50,003 nt of DNA from an uncultured bacterium. Its GTDB lineage: Bacteria; Patescibacteriota; Minisyncoccia; Phycocordibacterales; CAINVO01. The stretch's first letter is position 1, and every line of letters begins with the position of its first letter. Positions 20,042 through 29,848 of the stretch are shown here, piece by piece. The notes below the pieces were generated by a model that was not told the origin of the DNA, did not search any database, and saw nothing but the letters and a program-made list of their open reading frames with translations. Made by a program: the position numbers and the translations under genes. The stretch lies in contig CAINVO010000034.1 in NCBI GenBank assembly GCA_903854195.1, positions 1-50,003 on the forward strand. Direction: 5' to 3'.

Positions 20042-20782
20042 CTATATTATAGGGCTTTTATCAACAAAGTCAGCTTGTACAACATAGCGATCCGTTTTTT
20101 TACCAAAACTATCACACGTCGAAAGTGTAAGCATAGGGCTAGTTTTATCAAAGTCTACCCAAGAATTATTCTCATTTTGCAAAACTACAGTTCGCACCTT
20201 ATATACATAATGTGTGCTACTTGAATAAACATCTATAATATCGCCGGCTGCAAGCTTATCTAATCCATTAAAAGCCTTGTAAGCTTTATTATTTACGATT
20301 TTAAAACCTGTACTATGTCCAAATAGAAACATATTTCCTGATCCTGGAGTGCCAGACCCTGGGTAATGAACAACGCCTTTTGAAAGCTCTTGGTCCAAGT
20401 AGTCAACATCAGTAGTGTTTGGGTTACGGACAACAATATCAGTTCCTGATTTAATAATCACAACCCGAAGAGGAATATCACCTACTTGTATTTTTTGGGC
20501 CTTATTCTGAGCATTATTTAATACATTTTGGTCTGTAGTTGTGGTAACAGAATTATCCCCTTTTATCACAGAAAGTGACCATGCGTTCAAATTATCAAAA
20601 AAGTTAGTGGAAGTATCTTCTTGAAACTCACTTGGAACAAACCCAATTATATACAGGACTGTAAAGCTTAAAATAAAAATCGGAATAAAGAAAAGTCCGA
20701 ATTGAAACTCTGGATATTTTAAAAGATGTTTCCAAATTGTCCTTATTTTACTATCCTTGTTGTTACTCATATTAGTTGACAT
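20042..20782 (-). CDS. Sortase family protein
   Basis: N-terminal TM; GNMFLFGHS (His), LTLSTC (Cys), DRYVV (Arg) catalytic triad pattern. Confidence 0.9.
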   Translation of the reverse strand: MSTNMSNNKDSKIRTIWKHLLKYPEFQFGLFFIPIFILSFTVLYIIGFVPSEFQEDTSTNFFDNLNAWSLSVIKGDNSVTTTTDQNVLNNAQNKAQKIQVGDIPLRVVIIKSGTDIVVRNPNTTDVDYLDQELSKGVVHYPGSGTPGSGNMFLFGHSTGFKIVNNKAYKAFNGLDKLAAGDIIDVYSSSTHYVYKVRTVVLQNENNSWVDFDKTSPMLTLSTCDSFGKKTDRYVVQADFVDKSPII

Positions 20783-20831
20783 TTTAACCGATTATGATAT
20801 AATACTGTGTAAATAATAACTATACAAATTT

Positions 20832-21968
20832 ATGGAAACTAACAAATCATCCGGCGCTCGCACATTAGTTCGTGCCATCATTATAGCAGGAATTCTCATC
20901 ATTCTCTTGGTGATGAGTTATGCTGTGATTAAAATCGTACCAAAAGCATTTTCAACTTTGGCTTCTGCCAATATTTCTCTAGGTACACTGTTTTCTCCAA
21001 AAGGCGCAGCGACTTCAACAAACGCAATTGCAACTAGCACAACATCAGTTAAAAATAATGGAATAAGTGGTCCTGGTGGATTTACAGTTATTTCAACAAG
21101 TACTCAGGCAACAACAACTACAAAAAATACTTCAAGCTACAACAATCAAAGTAGCAACACTTATGTAAACCATCCTGTAGTTCAGAACGGCTTACCAGAT
21201 CTTGCAATTGCAATAACTTCAAAGGGTATCCAAGATCCTACAACTGGAAAATTTATTGAGACCAATAACGTCCAGCCAAATGATCGTGTGATTATAAATT
21301 TTATTGTAACAAACCAAGGTTCTCGTGCATCAGGGTCATGGACTCTACGCGCTCAACTTCCAGCATATGATGCCGCTGATCGTCTAAAAACAATTAATGG
21401 TGTATCTATCCCAGCAGGGCAAGCTATTAGTGGCCAAGTATATTTTGACCGCGTGCAGATTGCTGGCAACAATAATGTCATTTTGACAATCGATCCAAAT
21501 GGCTCAATTTCAGAATCAGACAAATCAAACAATGTCGCTCAGGTTGTAATCACTTCAACAGGAACAAACACAGGTACTACTTATACTACTGGAACTATTA
21601 CAAACGGTTCCCTATCAGACCTAAGCGTAAATATTATTGCAACAGGTATTCTTGATTCAAGTAATAATTTTGTACAGACAACTCCTCGATCCGGTCAGCG
21701 CCCAGCTGTACGTTTCCAAGTGGTGAACAATGGCGGAAGTGATACTGGAACATGGTACTTCAACGCTTTCATGTCTGGTCAAACATCGTATACTTCCGAC
21801 CCTCAACCAACTCTAGGTGCTGGTCAAAAATTCATCTACACTATTGGATTCAACTCTGTAAATTACGGAACAAATGCAATCACAATAAACGTAGATCCTA
21901 CAAACATTGTTCGAGAATCAAATGAAGGAAATAACACCGCAAGTGCAAGTGTTTATGTTGGGAACTAG
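20832..21968 (+). CDS. Membrane-anchored protein with two CARDB-like Ig domains
   Basis: N-terminal TM, Thr/Ser linker, two repeats (PDL...F.V.N.G...DP...I.ES...NN). Confidence 0.85.
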   Translation: METNKSSGARTLVRAIIIAGILIILLVMSYAVIKIVPKAFSTLASANISLGTLFSPKGAATSTNAIATSTTSVKNNGISGPGGFTVISTSTQATTTTKNTSSYNNQSSNTYVNHPVVQNGLPDLAIAITSKGIQDPTTGKFIETNNVQPNDRVIINFIVTNQGSRASGSWTLRAQLPAYDAADRLKTINGVSIPAGQAISGQVYFDRVQIAGNNNVILTIDPNGSISESDKSNNVAQVVITSTGTNTGTTYTTGTITNGSLSDLSVNIIATGILDSSNNFVQTTPRSGQRPAVRFQVVNNGGSDTGTWYFNAFMSGQTSYTSDPQPTLGAGQKFIYTIGFNSVNYGTNAITINVDPTNIVRESNEGNNTASASVYVGN

Positions 21969-21972
21969 TTAG

Positions 21973-22094
21973 TATATAAAACACAAAAAACACCTTTTAT
22001 CGGGTACAGGTAAAAAGTCTGCTGACTTTTTCCTTCACTCTCGCGCGGTCGCGCTCCGAGGGCCCCTCTAAAAGGTGTTTTTGTATTTTATATA
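21973..22094 (-). repeat. Foldback element family A, copy 2 (core reversed)
   Basis: About 26-bp near-perfect arms; core reverse complement GGGGCCCTCGGAGCGCGACCGCGCGAGAGTGAAGGAAAAAGTCAGCAGACTTTTTACCTGTACCC. Confidence 0.93.
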
Positions 22095-22182
22095 ACTACC
22101 TAAGTAAAACCCACAGTTACTCAACGGTGTTGAACTTTCGGGGTGGTTTTTTATTTGAGAAAATTGAAAGTATTAATGATGT

Positions 22183-22301
22183 TAAATAAAATACTAAATG
22201 TTTCTTTTTGGAGACTTGCAAGGCTCGACGGAGCGAGCACGAGGAAAATCCTAGTAAGGATTTATCCGTACTCCAAAAAGAAACATTTAGTATTTTATTT
22301 A
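22183..22301 (+). repeat. Foldback element family A, divergent copy
   Basis: 31-bp perfect arms including the gyrB stop codon; core GCTC-GACG-GAGC and GGA-AAATCCT-AGTA-AGGATTT-A-TCC mirrors the family A fold. Confidence 0.85.
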
Positions 22302-24518
22302 GATATCAATACTTGCTAACTTTGCATTCGACTGAATAAATGACTTTCGTGAAGGCACGTCATTACCCATCAAAATATCGATAACCTTATCGGCTTCAGC
22401 ACCGTCAGCAATAGTAACGCGCTTCAATACTCTTTTTTCAATATCCATAGTTGTTTCTCCAAGCTCATCAGCGTTCATTTCTCCAAGACCTTTGTATCGT
22501 TGAACGTGAATCTTACTTTTCTTTGCTTCAGATGCAGCATCTTTTCCTTTAGCACCTTTTCCTTTTGCTGTTTTTTCAGAATCTTCTTCATTTACACTTT
22601 CTTCTGTTTCCTCATTTTCGTTTTGATTATCTGAGTCTTGATCACCTTCTTCAATTTCTTGTATTTCGTTTGCATCAACACCTTCTTGTTTAAAATATTT
22701 TGAAAGTTCTTCATCACTGTAGAAATAGTGTACGTCTTTTCCTTTCTTCACTTTGAAAAGTGGAGGTTGAGCAATATACACATGACCTGCGTCTATAAGT
22801 GGGCGGAAATATCTGTAGAAAAGTGTAAGTAGGAGTGTACGAATATGGGCGCCGTCAACATCGGCATCTGTAGCAATGATAAGTTTGTGGTATCGAAGCT
22901 TTGTAATATCAAATGTATCTCCAATAGCGGTACCGAAAGCAACCACTAGATTTTTAATTTGTTCTGATGCTAACATTTTATCAAGGCGGGCTCGCTCGAT
23001 GTTTAGAATCTTTCCTCTCAAAGGAAGCACGGCCTGAGTACGACGATCGCGTCCCATTTTCGCTGTACCTCCAGCAGAATCTCCCTCTACAATAAATAGC
23101 TCTGATTCCTCAGCTCTTTTACTCTGACAATCCGCAAGCTTTCCAGGAAGAGTCATGCCTTCAAGAGCTCCCTTTCTAAGAACTGAGTCCTTTGCGGCTT
23201 TTGCAGCCTTTCGGGCACGCATTGCAAGCAAACCTTTGTTTATGATTGCTTTAGCGTCCTCTGGATTTTCCTCGAAAAACTCTGCGAAGGCTTCGCCGAA
23301 AGCAGCAGATGTTGCACCTTGTGCCTCCGTAGATCCAAGCTTAGCTTTTGTTTGTCCTTCAAACTGAATATCAGGCATCTTTACAGAAACCACAGCCACA
23401 AGACCTTCCTGCACATCATCACCAGTCAAAGTATCTTCATTATCTTTGATAATGTTATTTTTCTTGGCGTATGAGTTAATGGTACGAGTCAGAGCTGTTT
23501 TAAAACCGGCAATGTGAGTACCACCTTCACTGTTGTAAGTGTTGTTAGCGAAAGCCACAATCTTTGGGTTGATATCATCTACGTACTGTAGAGCAACCTC
23601 AACACCAACGTCTTTTGCGTGATTAGCTTCTTCACCATTACTACCTGTTGCGAGAACTTCTTTTTCTACATAGAAAATATTTTTATGAATTGGCTTTTGA
23701 GTGTGATTGTAAAAGGCAACAAGTGATCGAAGACCTCCTTCAAAATAAAAAGTCATTTCTGGCACATCAATGCACTCCTCTTGGAAACTATCCTTTAAGT
23801 AGAAAGAAGATTCATCTAGCAAACTTTTTGCAAGATGCTTTTGATTTTTTTCATCAAGACCTCTTGCATCTAGAATATTTATTTGCAAACCTTTTACAAG
23901 ATATGCTTGCTGGCGCAAATGAGCAATTATTTTTGCCCACTCAAAAACGATACCTTCCTTGAAGATTTCTGCATCGGCTTTAAACAAAACGATTGACCCA
24001 TGAGCTTTTGTTTTACCAACCTGTTTTACTTTGTATTGAGGTATACCAATCTTATATTCCTGGGCATAGATTCCACCATCTTTATGAACCGTAACTTTTG
24101 TATGAACTGACAGCGCATTTACAACTGAAGCTCCCACTCCATGCAAACCTCCAGAGACTTTGTATCCATCACCACCGAACTTTCCTCCGGCGTGAAGTGT
24201 AGTCATAATAGTTTCAAGAGCTGAAACTTTTGTTTTTGAATGCATGTCAACAGGAATTCCTCGTCCGTTGTCTACTACTCTAATGTATCCATCAGGAAGA
24301 AGTGCAACTTCAATACGGTTACAAAAACCACCCATGGCTTCATCACGTGAGTTGTCGAATATTTCCCAGATCAAATGATGCAGACCATCCGGTCCTGTTG
24401 TACCAATATACATTCCAGGTCGCTTTCTTACAGGCTCTAGACCTTCAAGAACTGTAATAGAATCTGCTCCGTAACTACTAGCTTTTTTTATTGTTTTTTC
24501 GTCTTCTTTTTTTGCCAT
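22299..24518 (-). CDS. gyrB: DNA gyrase subunit B
   Basis: LEGLEPVRKRPGMYIG, LHAGGKF, EGDSAGG, PLRGKILN, DADVDG, RYKGLGEM; start reset to ATG 24518. Confidence 0.95.
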   Translation of the reverse strand: MAKKEDEKTIKKASSYGADSITVLEGLEPVRKRPGMYIGTTGPDGLHHLIWEIFDNSRDEAMGGFCNRIEVALLPDGYIRVVDNGRGIPVDMHSKTKVSALETIMTTLHAGGKFGGDGYKVSGGLHGVGASVVNALSVHTKVTVHKDGGIYAQEYKIGIPQYKVKQVGKTKAHGSIVLFKADAEIFKEGIVFEWAKIIAHLRQQAYLVKGLQINILDARGLDEKNQKHLAKSLLDESSFYLKDSFQEECIDVPEMTFYFEGGLRSLVAFYNHTQKPIHKNIFYVEKEVLATGSNGEEANHAKDVGVEVALQYVDDINPKIVAFANNTYNSEGGTHIAGFKTALTRTINSYAKKNNIIKDNEDTLTGDDVQEGLVAVVSVKMPDIQFEGQTKAKLGSTEAQGATSAAFGEAFAEFFEENPEDAKAIINKGLLAMRARKAAKAAKDSVLRKGALEGMTLPGKLADCQSKRAEESELFIVEGDSAGGTAKMGRDRRTQAVLPLRGKILNIERARLDKMLASEQIKNLVVAFGTAIGDTFDITKLRYHKLIIATDADVDGAHIRTLLLTLFYRYFRPLIDAGHVYIAQPPLFKVKKGKDVHYFYSDEELSKYFKQEGVDANEIQEIEEGDQDSDNQNENEETEESVNEEDSEKTAKGKGAKGKDAASEAKKSKIHVQRYKGLGEMNADELGETTMDIEKRVLKRVTIADGAEADKVIDILMGNDVPSRKSFIQSNAKLASIDI

Positions 24519-24633
24519 AAAAATAAAAAGCATTAAGGCTTTATTGGGCAAAGTATACCAAATTGAGCCTAAAACTGCTAGGAAAGAAGGGTTGCGATTT
24601 AGCTAAAATTGGGGTATAATAGCCTCTATAAAT

Positions 24634-25938
24634 ATGGACATCTCGATAGTGCCAATTTTGGCAACAATCACGGGTAGTGTGACATATGTAGCCCTATTTG
24701 GGGCCCTATATTTTCAGGTTTTTCTTCTAATTACTTTTATAGAAAAAAGAAAGACATTTAGAGCGGAGGAACATTTTCTAGATAAAAGAAACAGTGACAA
24801 GAAGCTTGGAATTTCAAATGAATCTTTAGACTACCCAAGCGCAACAGTTATTGTCCCCTGCTTTAACGAGGAGAAGACAGTCGAAGGAACAATTAGATCA
24901 TTACTCCAATTGGATTATCCAAAAGATAAACTAAAAATACTTATAATAAATGACGGCAGTAAGGATAATACTGGAAAAGTAATAGATACATTTTCAGGAA
25001 ATCCTCAGATTGAAATCTACCACAAAGAAAACGGCGGAAAATACACGGCACTAAACTTTGGCCTTTCGAAAACTCATACAGAAATAGTTGGATGTTTGGA
25101 TGCTGACTCTTATGCTGATTCACAAGCTCTTAAGATTATTGCTTCATATTTTGATGACAAAAGTGTTATGGCAGTTACACCTTCAGTTGTAATTAATCAC
25201 TCTAGAAATGTTTTACGACAAATTCAAAAGGCCGAGTATAATCTCGGTATTTTTGTTAGAAAGGTTTTAGGAATGATTGATGCAATTCATGTTACTCCTG
25301 GGCCATTTTCTTTCTTTCGCCGTGAAGTTTTTGAAATTATTGGGAACTATAAACATGCTCATAACACAGAAGACCTAGAAGTTGCATTTCGTATGCAGAA
25401 GCATCACATGAAAATAGTAAACGCACACAAAGCCTTTGTTTATACAGTTGGACCAAACACTGTAAAAAAACTTTACAGACAACGTGTGAGATGGACTAGT
25501 GGGTTTCTTGCAAACCTCGTGGACTACAGAGAAATGATCTTTAAGAAAAAATATGGTGATCTTGGTATGCTCATACTTCCTATGACTATTTTTACAATAG
25601 GCACAACACTGATTGTAATTGGTCTATCAATAATAAATTTTGTGATATCACTCCACAAGGAATTTGTTAAGTTAGAATCCGTTGGTATGCAACTAAAAAT
25701 GCCTTCGTTTAATTTTGATTGGTTTTTTATGAATACAAGTGCAATTGTGATAATAGCCCTAGGACTATGGCTTTTAACTGCAGCTGTGATAGTATCTGGC
25801 CAAAGAATTGGTACAGGAAAGACAAGAATAACAATAGATGTATTCTACTTTCTACTCTTATATTCTTTCATTGCACCATTTTGGCTTATAAAATCAGTCT
25901 ACAACACTACATTTTCCAAAACAGCACCATGGAGATAA
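24634..25938 (+). CDS. Processive GT2 glycosyltransferase (PgaC/cellulose-synthase-like)
   Basis: DGS.D, DAD, TED, QRVRW motifs with flanking TM helices. Confidence 0.9.
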   Translation: MDISIVPILATITGSVTYVALFGALYFQVFLLITFIEKRKTFRAEEHFLDKRNSDKKLGISNESLDYPSATVIVPCFNEEKTVEGTIRSLLQLDYPKDKLKILIINDGSKDNTGKVIDTFSGNPQIEIYHKENGGKYTALNFGLSKTHTEIVGCLDADSYADSQALKIIASYFDDKSVMAVTPSVVINHSRNVLRQIQKAEYNLGIFVRKVLGMIDAIHVTPGPFSFFRREVFEIIGNYKHAHNTEDLEVAFRMQKHHMKIVNAHKAFVYTVGPNTVKKLYRQRVRWTSGFLANLVDYREMIFKKKYGDLGMLILPMTIFTIGTTLIVIGLSIINFVISLHKEFVKLESVGMQLKMPSFNFDWFFMNTSAIVIIALGLWLLTAAVIVSGQRIGTGKTRITIDVFYFLLLYSFIAPFWLIKSVYNTTFSKTAPWR

Positions 25939-25991
25939 AATATTATAAATTAGGCTGTTATTTAAAGATTAAATAAAATAAACATAAAAAA

Positions 25992-26837
25992 ATGAACAAC
26001 GATCAAAACCCTAACCCGCCACACCACACAGAACCTCACCAACATGTTCGTGCACCTTTTGAATGGCAAAAATATTTAATTGCCTTTCTTATAACAGCTA
26101 CTATTTTTTTAAGTGCAGTTTATTTTAATAACTACTTTGATAATAAAAGGGTTGAAAATATCAAGTCAATTCAAGATCAGATTTCGCTAGATATTCTTTC
26201 CTCTGAGACCCAATTTGATTTGCTCAAAGAAGCAACATGTAAAAGTGTGGACGACTCCGTATTATCTCAAGAGCTAAACACTTTGGCCAGCAAGCTCTCT
26301 TACATGGAAGAAAATGACAGTACAAATACTGACCTACCTCAACTTAAAAAATATTACTCTTTACTCGAAATCAAAGATTTTCTACTTATGAAACAGCTAG
26401 GACAGAGATGTCCTTTCAAACCGGTTTCTATACTATATTTCTATTCTCAAAAATCAGACTGTCCTAACTGTGAAAAAATGGCCTATGTTCTAACCTACCT
26501 ACGTCAACAGTATCCTGAAGTGCGTATATACTCATTTGACTATAACCTAAACTTATCCGCAGTTGATACAATGAAAAAGGTTTATTCTCTAAACGATACA
26601 GAACTCCCAGCAGTCATTGTTGGAGATAATGTATATCATGGATTCATAAGTGTAGACGACATGAGAAAAGCTGTACCTGAACTAAAGAGCTTAGATAAGA
26701 AACATGCAGCTGATGCCGCTGCAGCAGCAAAAGAAGCCGCACAACAAGCATCTAGCACTCAAAGCACATCTCAATCATCAACATCCAAAAATAGTACATC
26801 TAACACAAACTCCACATCTACTGGCTCTAGTAATTAA
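25992..26837 (+). CDS. Membrane-anchored protein with thioredoxin-like CxxC domain
   Basis: N-terminal TM; ILYFYS..DCPNC..., ELPAVIV; Ser/Thr tail. Confidence 0.7.
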   Translation: MNNDQNPNPPHHTEPHQHVRAPFEWQKYLIAFLITATIFLSAVYFNNYFDNKRVENIKSIQDQISLDILSSETQFDLLKEATCKSVDDSVLSQELNTLASKLSYMEENDSTNTDLPQLKKYYSLLEIKDFLLMKQLGQRCPFKPVSILYFYSQKSDCPNCEKMAYVLTYLRQQYPEVRIYSFDYNLNLSAVDTMKKVYSLNDTELPAVIVGDNVYHGFISVDDMRKAVPELKSLDKKHAADAAAAAKEAAQQASSTQSTSQSSTSKNSTSNTNSTSTGSSN

Positions 26838-27277
26838 TATTTGTAAAACTTCCCAGCATTATAATTATTTAAAATTTTCTGACTTGGAGGAAAAATTGGT
26901 GATGGTAATTTATCCAACGGAAACCATTTCCATTCAGTTATTTCATCTGGCTCCATTACTTTTGGCTCATATGGATAATTTTCACAAAATAAACCGACAG
27001 TAACAAAGTGAGCATCTGGAACAATGTCGTTTGTAAGACTTACAACCTTTAAGTTGTCGATGGAAATTTCTACCCCAGTTTCTTCTAGAACTTCTCTCTT
27101 TGCACCCTCTTCAAAACTTTCTCCGAAGCGCAATTTACCACCCGGCATAGTCCATGTACCTTCACCGTGCAGCTCACTGTCTGCTTTTAACGGATCAGCA
27201 TGTCTTTTTCCAAGTAAAAGTTTCCCATCCTTTAAGACCATCACCCCGAATCCGTTACCTATCTTTAGATTCTCCAT
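26834..27277 (-). CDS. Nudix hydrolase
   Basis: PGGKLRFGESFEEGAKREVLEETG; start reset to ATG 27277 because the track start lies inside the tRNA. Confidence 0.92.
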   Translation of the reverse strand: MENLKIGNGFGVMVLKDGKLLLGKRHADPLKADSELHGEGTWTMPGGKLRFGESFEEGAKREVLEETGVEISIDNLKVVSLTNDIVPDAHFVTVGLFCENYPYEPKVMEPDEITEWKWFPLDKLPSPIFPPSQKILNNYNAGKFYKY

Positions 27278-27280
27278 AAA

Positions 27281-27356
27281 TGGAGCCACCTCTCAGATTT
27301 GAACTGAGGACCTACTGTTTACAAAACAGTTGCTCTACCAACTGAGCTAAGGTGGC
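27281..27356 (-). tRNA. tRNA-Thr(UGU) with encoded CCA
   Basis: GCCACCT/AGGTGGC acceptor stem, D-arm GCTC/GAGC, anticodon loop TTTGTAA, T-loop TTCAAAT, 3' CCA. Confidence 0.97.
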
Positions 27357-27456
27357 TTTAATTTTTGACTATCATACCATGTAAATTTACACGAATCGGC
27401 CTAACACTTTCCCCTCTTTTTCATATTGCCGCTACAGAAATATATACTATTTGGAA

Positions 27457-27873
27457 TTATTTGTCCAACATTCCAGCGACTTTTTGGTCAAGATTATCTA
27501 TATTTCTCTGAGCTTCTTTATGCTCCTCAATATGTTTAAGAAAGAAAGAAACTGAACCCCTATTTGTTGGAATATCTGTACGACAAACAACCTTCATGAA
27601 TTTTTTCCACCATTTATTTAAGTTTATTATTGATCTCACAAAAATACCCTCAACCGTTGTAAGAATATTATGACCAATATTATGCCATGAACCCGCAGTT
27701 AACAAATGTGAAAATTTATTTATAAATCCAGAAAATGAACCTAGCCATTTATCTGTCTTATTAAAAGTAACAGAGACAACTTTTCTACCTGTCTGTAGTT
27801 CAGAAATCTTGTTTCCAAGAAGAGCCACTAGACCGACAAGCGACAAGGACAATGTAATGTATAGATAAATCAT
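27457..27873 (-). CDS. Hypothetical membrane-anchored protein
   Basis: 138-aa ORF with N-terminal hydrophobic helix. Confidence 0.7.
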   Translation of the reverse strand: MIYLYITLSLSLVGLVALLGNKISELQTGRKVVSVTFNKTDKWLGSFSGFINKFSHLLTAGSWHNIGHNILTTVEGIFVRSIINLNKWWKKFMKVVCRTDIPTNRGSVSFFLKHIEEHKEAQRNIDNLDQKVAGMLDK

Positions 27874-27881
27874 AAGAGTAA

Positions 27882-27908
27882 GCGCGCGAGGGCAAAGCCC
27901 TCGCGCGC
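27882..27908. other. Very GC-rich perfect hairpin after tsf
   Basis: GCGCGCGAGGGC-AAA-GCCCTCGCGCGC; no strong U-tract. Confidence 0.8.
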
Positions 27909-27914
27909 AGTTAA

Positions 27915-28505
27915 TTATTTCTCCAAAACCCCGAACCGCACAAACTTTGCAACCTCGATCTTTTCACCAAACTTCTGAATAGCGTTCTCAATTAATTGAC
28001 TAATTGTGAGATCTGGATTTTTGATAAACGGCTGTTCAAGTAAAATCTTATCCTGAAAATATGAAGCCAACTTCCCTTCTAAAATCTTTGCTTTCATTTC
28101 TTCTGGTTTTCCTTCAACTTCCTTTTCAAAAACTTCAGTAGCTTTTTGTTTGGCTTCCTCACTTATCTCATCTTTACTAAGATATGTAGGACAAGCCGCT
28201 GAAATATGCATGGCAATATCATAAGCAAGTTTTTTAAACTCTTCATTCTTTGAAACAAAGTCTGTCTCAGAAACAAGCTCAACCATGGCACCAATGGTGT
28301 CATTTGAGTGAATATAAGCAGCTACAGTACCAGCTCCTAGAGTACGGTCTGATTTCTTTGAGGCAATGTCTGATCCTTTCTTTCTAAGTAGGATTAAAGC
28401 CTTCTCCTTGTCACCACCAGCCTCTTCTAGAGCTTTTTTACACTGCATAACAGAAATACCTGTCATATCTCGTAATTCCTTAATTTGTTCAGTAGTTATA
28501 GCCAT
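27915..28505 (-). CDS. tsf: Elongation factor Ts (short form)
   Basis: IKELRDMTG..MQCKKAL, ETDFV; downstream of rpsB. Confidence 0.97.
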   Translation of the reverse strand: MAITTEQIKELRDMTGISVMQCKKALEEAGGDKEKALILLRKKGSDIASKKSDRTLGAGTVAAYIHSNDTIGAMVELVSETDFVSKNEEFKKLAYDIAMHISAACPTYLSKDEISEEAKQKATEVFEKEVEGKPEEMKAKILEGKLASYFQDKILLEQPFIKNPDLTISQLIENAIQKFGEKIEVAKFVRFGVLEK

Positions 28506-28630
28506 ATGATTAAATTTATATAAATTATATGTAAATATTTTCTTATCCTTATAATATAACCGCCATTCTCATATTATTGGACCTATAGGATATATAATAA
28601 CAAAAAACGACAAATGTCGCCTTGTAGTTA

Positions 28631-29341
28631 TTAACCTATTTTCTTTGCGCCTTTGTATGCCTCTACAAACTTCTCCATGAAGAAAGTTACGCTTGAAACA
28701 GAAGAGTCGTTTCCAACAATAGCGTAGTCAACTTTTTTAATATCACAATCAGATCCACAAAGAGCAATTACGGGCACACCCATCTGTTTTGCCTCTGCTA
28801 CAGCGATAGCTTCTTTTTTAGAATCAATAACAAACATTGCAGCTGGCATTTTTGTCATAGAAGAAAGTCCTGAGAAAAGTACATCTAAACGAACAATTTC
28901 TCGGTCGATCAAAAGTCTTTCTTTTTTAGTATATTTTACAAGTTCACCCTTTTCTTTCTGAGAAACAAGGTCATGAAGCTTTTCAACTCGCTTACGAATA
29001 CTGTCGAAATTAGTTAGAGATCCTCCAACCCATCGTCCAGCAACAAAAGGCATATCTAGTGATTCACCTGCCTTTCGAGCAATAGCCTGAGCTTCGCTCT
29101 TTCCACCAACAATCAAAATTTGTTTGTTTTCTGAAGCAAGCTTCTTTACAAATTCAAGAGCTCCGTTTAATGACTCTTCTGTTTTTTCTAGATTAAAAAT
29201 TTCTATCTTGTTTTTAGCACCGAAAATAAAAGGCTTTGTAGATGGGTGACGGCGTGACTTAATAAAGCCAAAATGAGCTCCAGCCTTAAAAAGGGAGTCC
29301 ATCAGTTCGCCTGTTTTCTTTACTGTTGTTTCATTTGTCAT
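28631..29341 (-). CDS. rpsB: 30S ribosomal protein S2
   Basis: AGAHFG, RWVGGSLTN, AVAEA, GND; start reset to ATG 29341. Confidence 0.97.
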   Translation of the reverse strand: MTNETTVKKTGELMDSLFKAGAHFGFIKSRRHPSTKPFIFGAKNKIEIFNLEKTEESLNGALEFVKKLASENKQILIVGGKSEAQAIARKAGESLDMPFVAGRWVGGSLTNFDSIRKRVEKLHDLVSQKEKGELVKYTKKERLLIDREIVRLDVLFSGLSSMTKMPAAMFVIDSKKEAIAVAEAKQMGVPVIALCGSDCDIKKVDYAIVGNDSSVSSVTFFMEKFVEAYKGAKKIG

Positions 29342-29533
29342 GTGTTCGGATATAGTAGCAAAAAGGGTGATTTTATGCAATACCAGGCTAAATATGGCTA
29401 AAACAATCCCTGCCAATATGTTTTCTCACTAAAGCACATAGACAGGGATTGTTTATCCAATTTGCCTCCTATTGCATGATCAACCTTTCAAAAATGTGAC
29501 GGTTGGCATATAATCCACGTAGTCAAACAGTAT

Positions 29534-29767
29534 ATGAAAAATATAAAAAAAGGAATTTACAGAAGCTTTAAAAGTCCAGAAATGACCTATGAGGTTCTTG
29601 GTGTCGCTTCGCACAGCGAAAACCCAGAGCAAAAGCTCGTGGTTTACAAAGCACTTTATGGCGAGAAAGAACTATGGGTTCGCCCTGCGGAAATGTTCTT
29701 GGAAATTATTGACCGTCCGGAACACAACTACAAAGGTCCCAGATTCCTTATGATTGAAGAAAAATAA
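29534..29767 (+). CDS. DUF1653-like small protein
   Basis: Y.VLGVA.HSE...VVYKALYG...WVRP.EMF...PRF pattern. Confidence 0.85.
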   Translation: MKNIKKGIYRSFKSPEMTYEVLGVASHSENPEQKLVVYKALYGEKELWVRPAEMFLEIIDRPEHNYKGPRFLMIEEK

Positions 29768-29780
29768 TAAAACTAGGGGA

Positions 29781-29848
29781 AAAAATCCTTATATTCTTTT
29801 TGCGAGTTAGCGGAACGCTTTAGCAAAAAAAAAAATATAAGGGTTTTT
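29781..29848 (+). repeat. Foldback element family B, copy 2 (variant core)
   Basis: Imperfect arms of about 23 bp around GAGTTAGCGGAACGCTTTA between convergent DUF1653 gene and prfA. Confidence 0.75.

Noticed and set aside
14342-24518. Inteins or introns in dnaE or gyrB
   Set aside because: Lengths are near normal; insertions are short low-complexity loops without splice motifs
27281-27356. tRNA-targeted genomic island
   Set aside because: No integrase and no duplicated tRNA 3' end seen in the window
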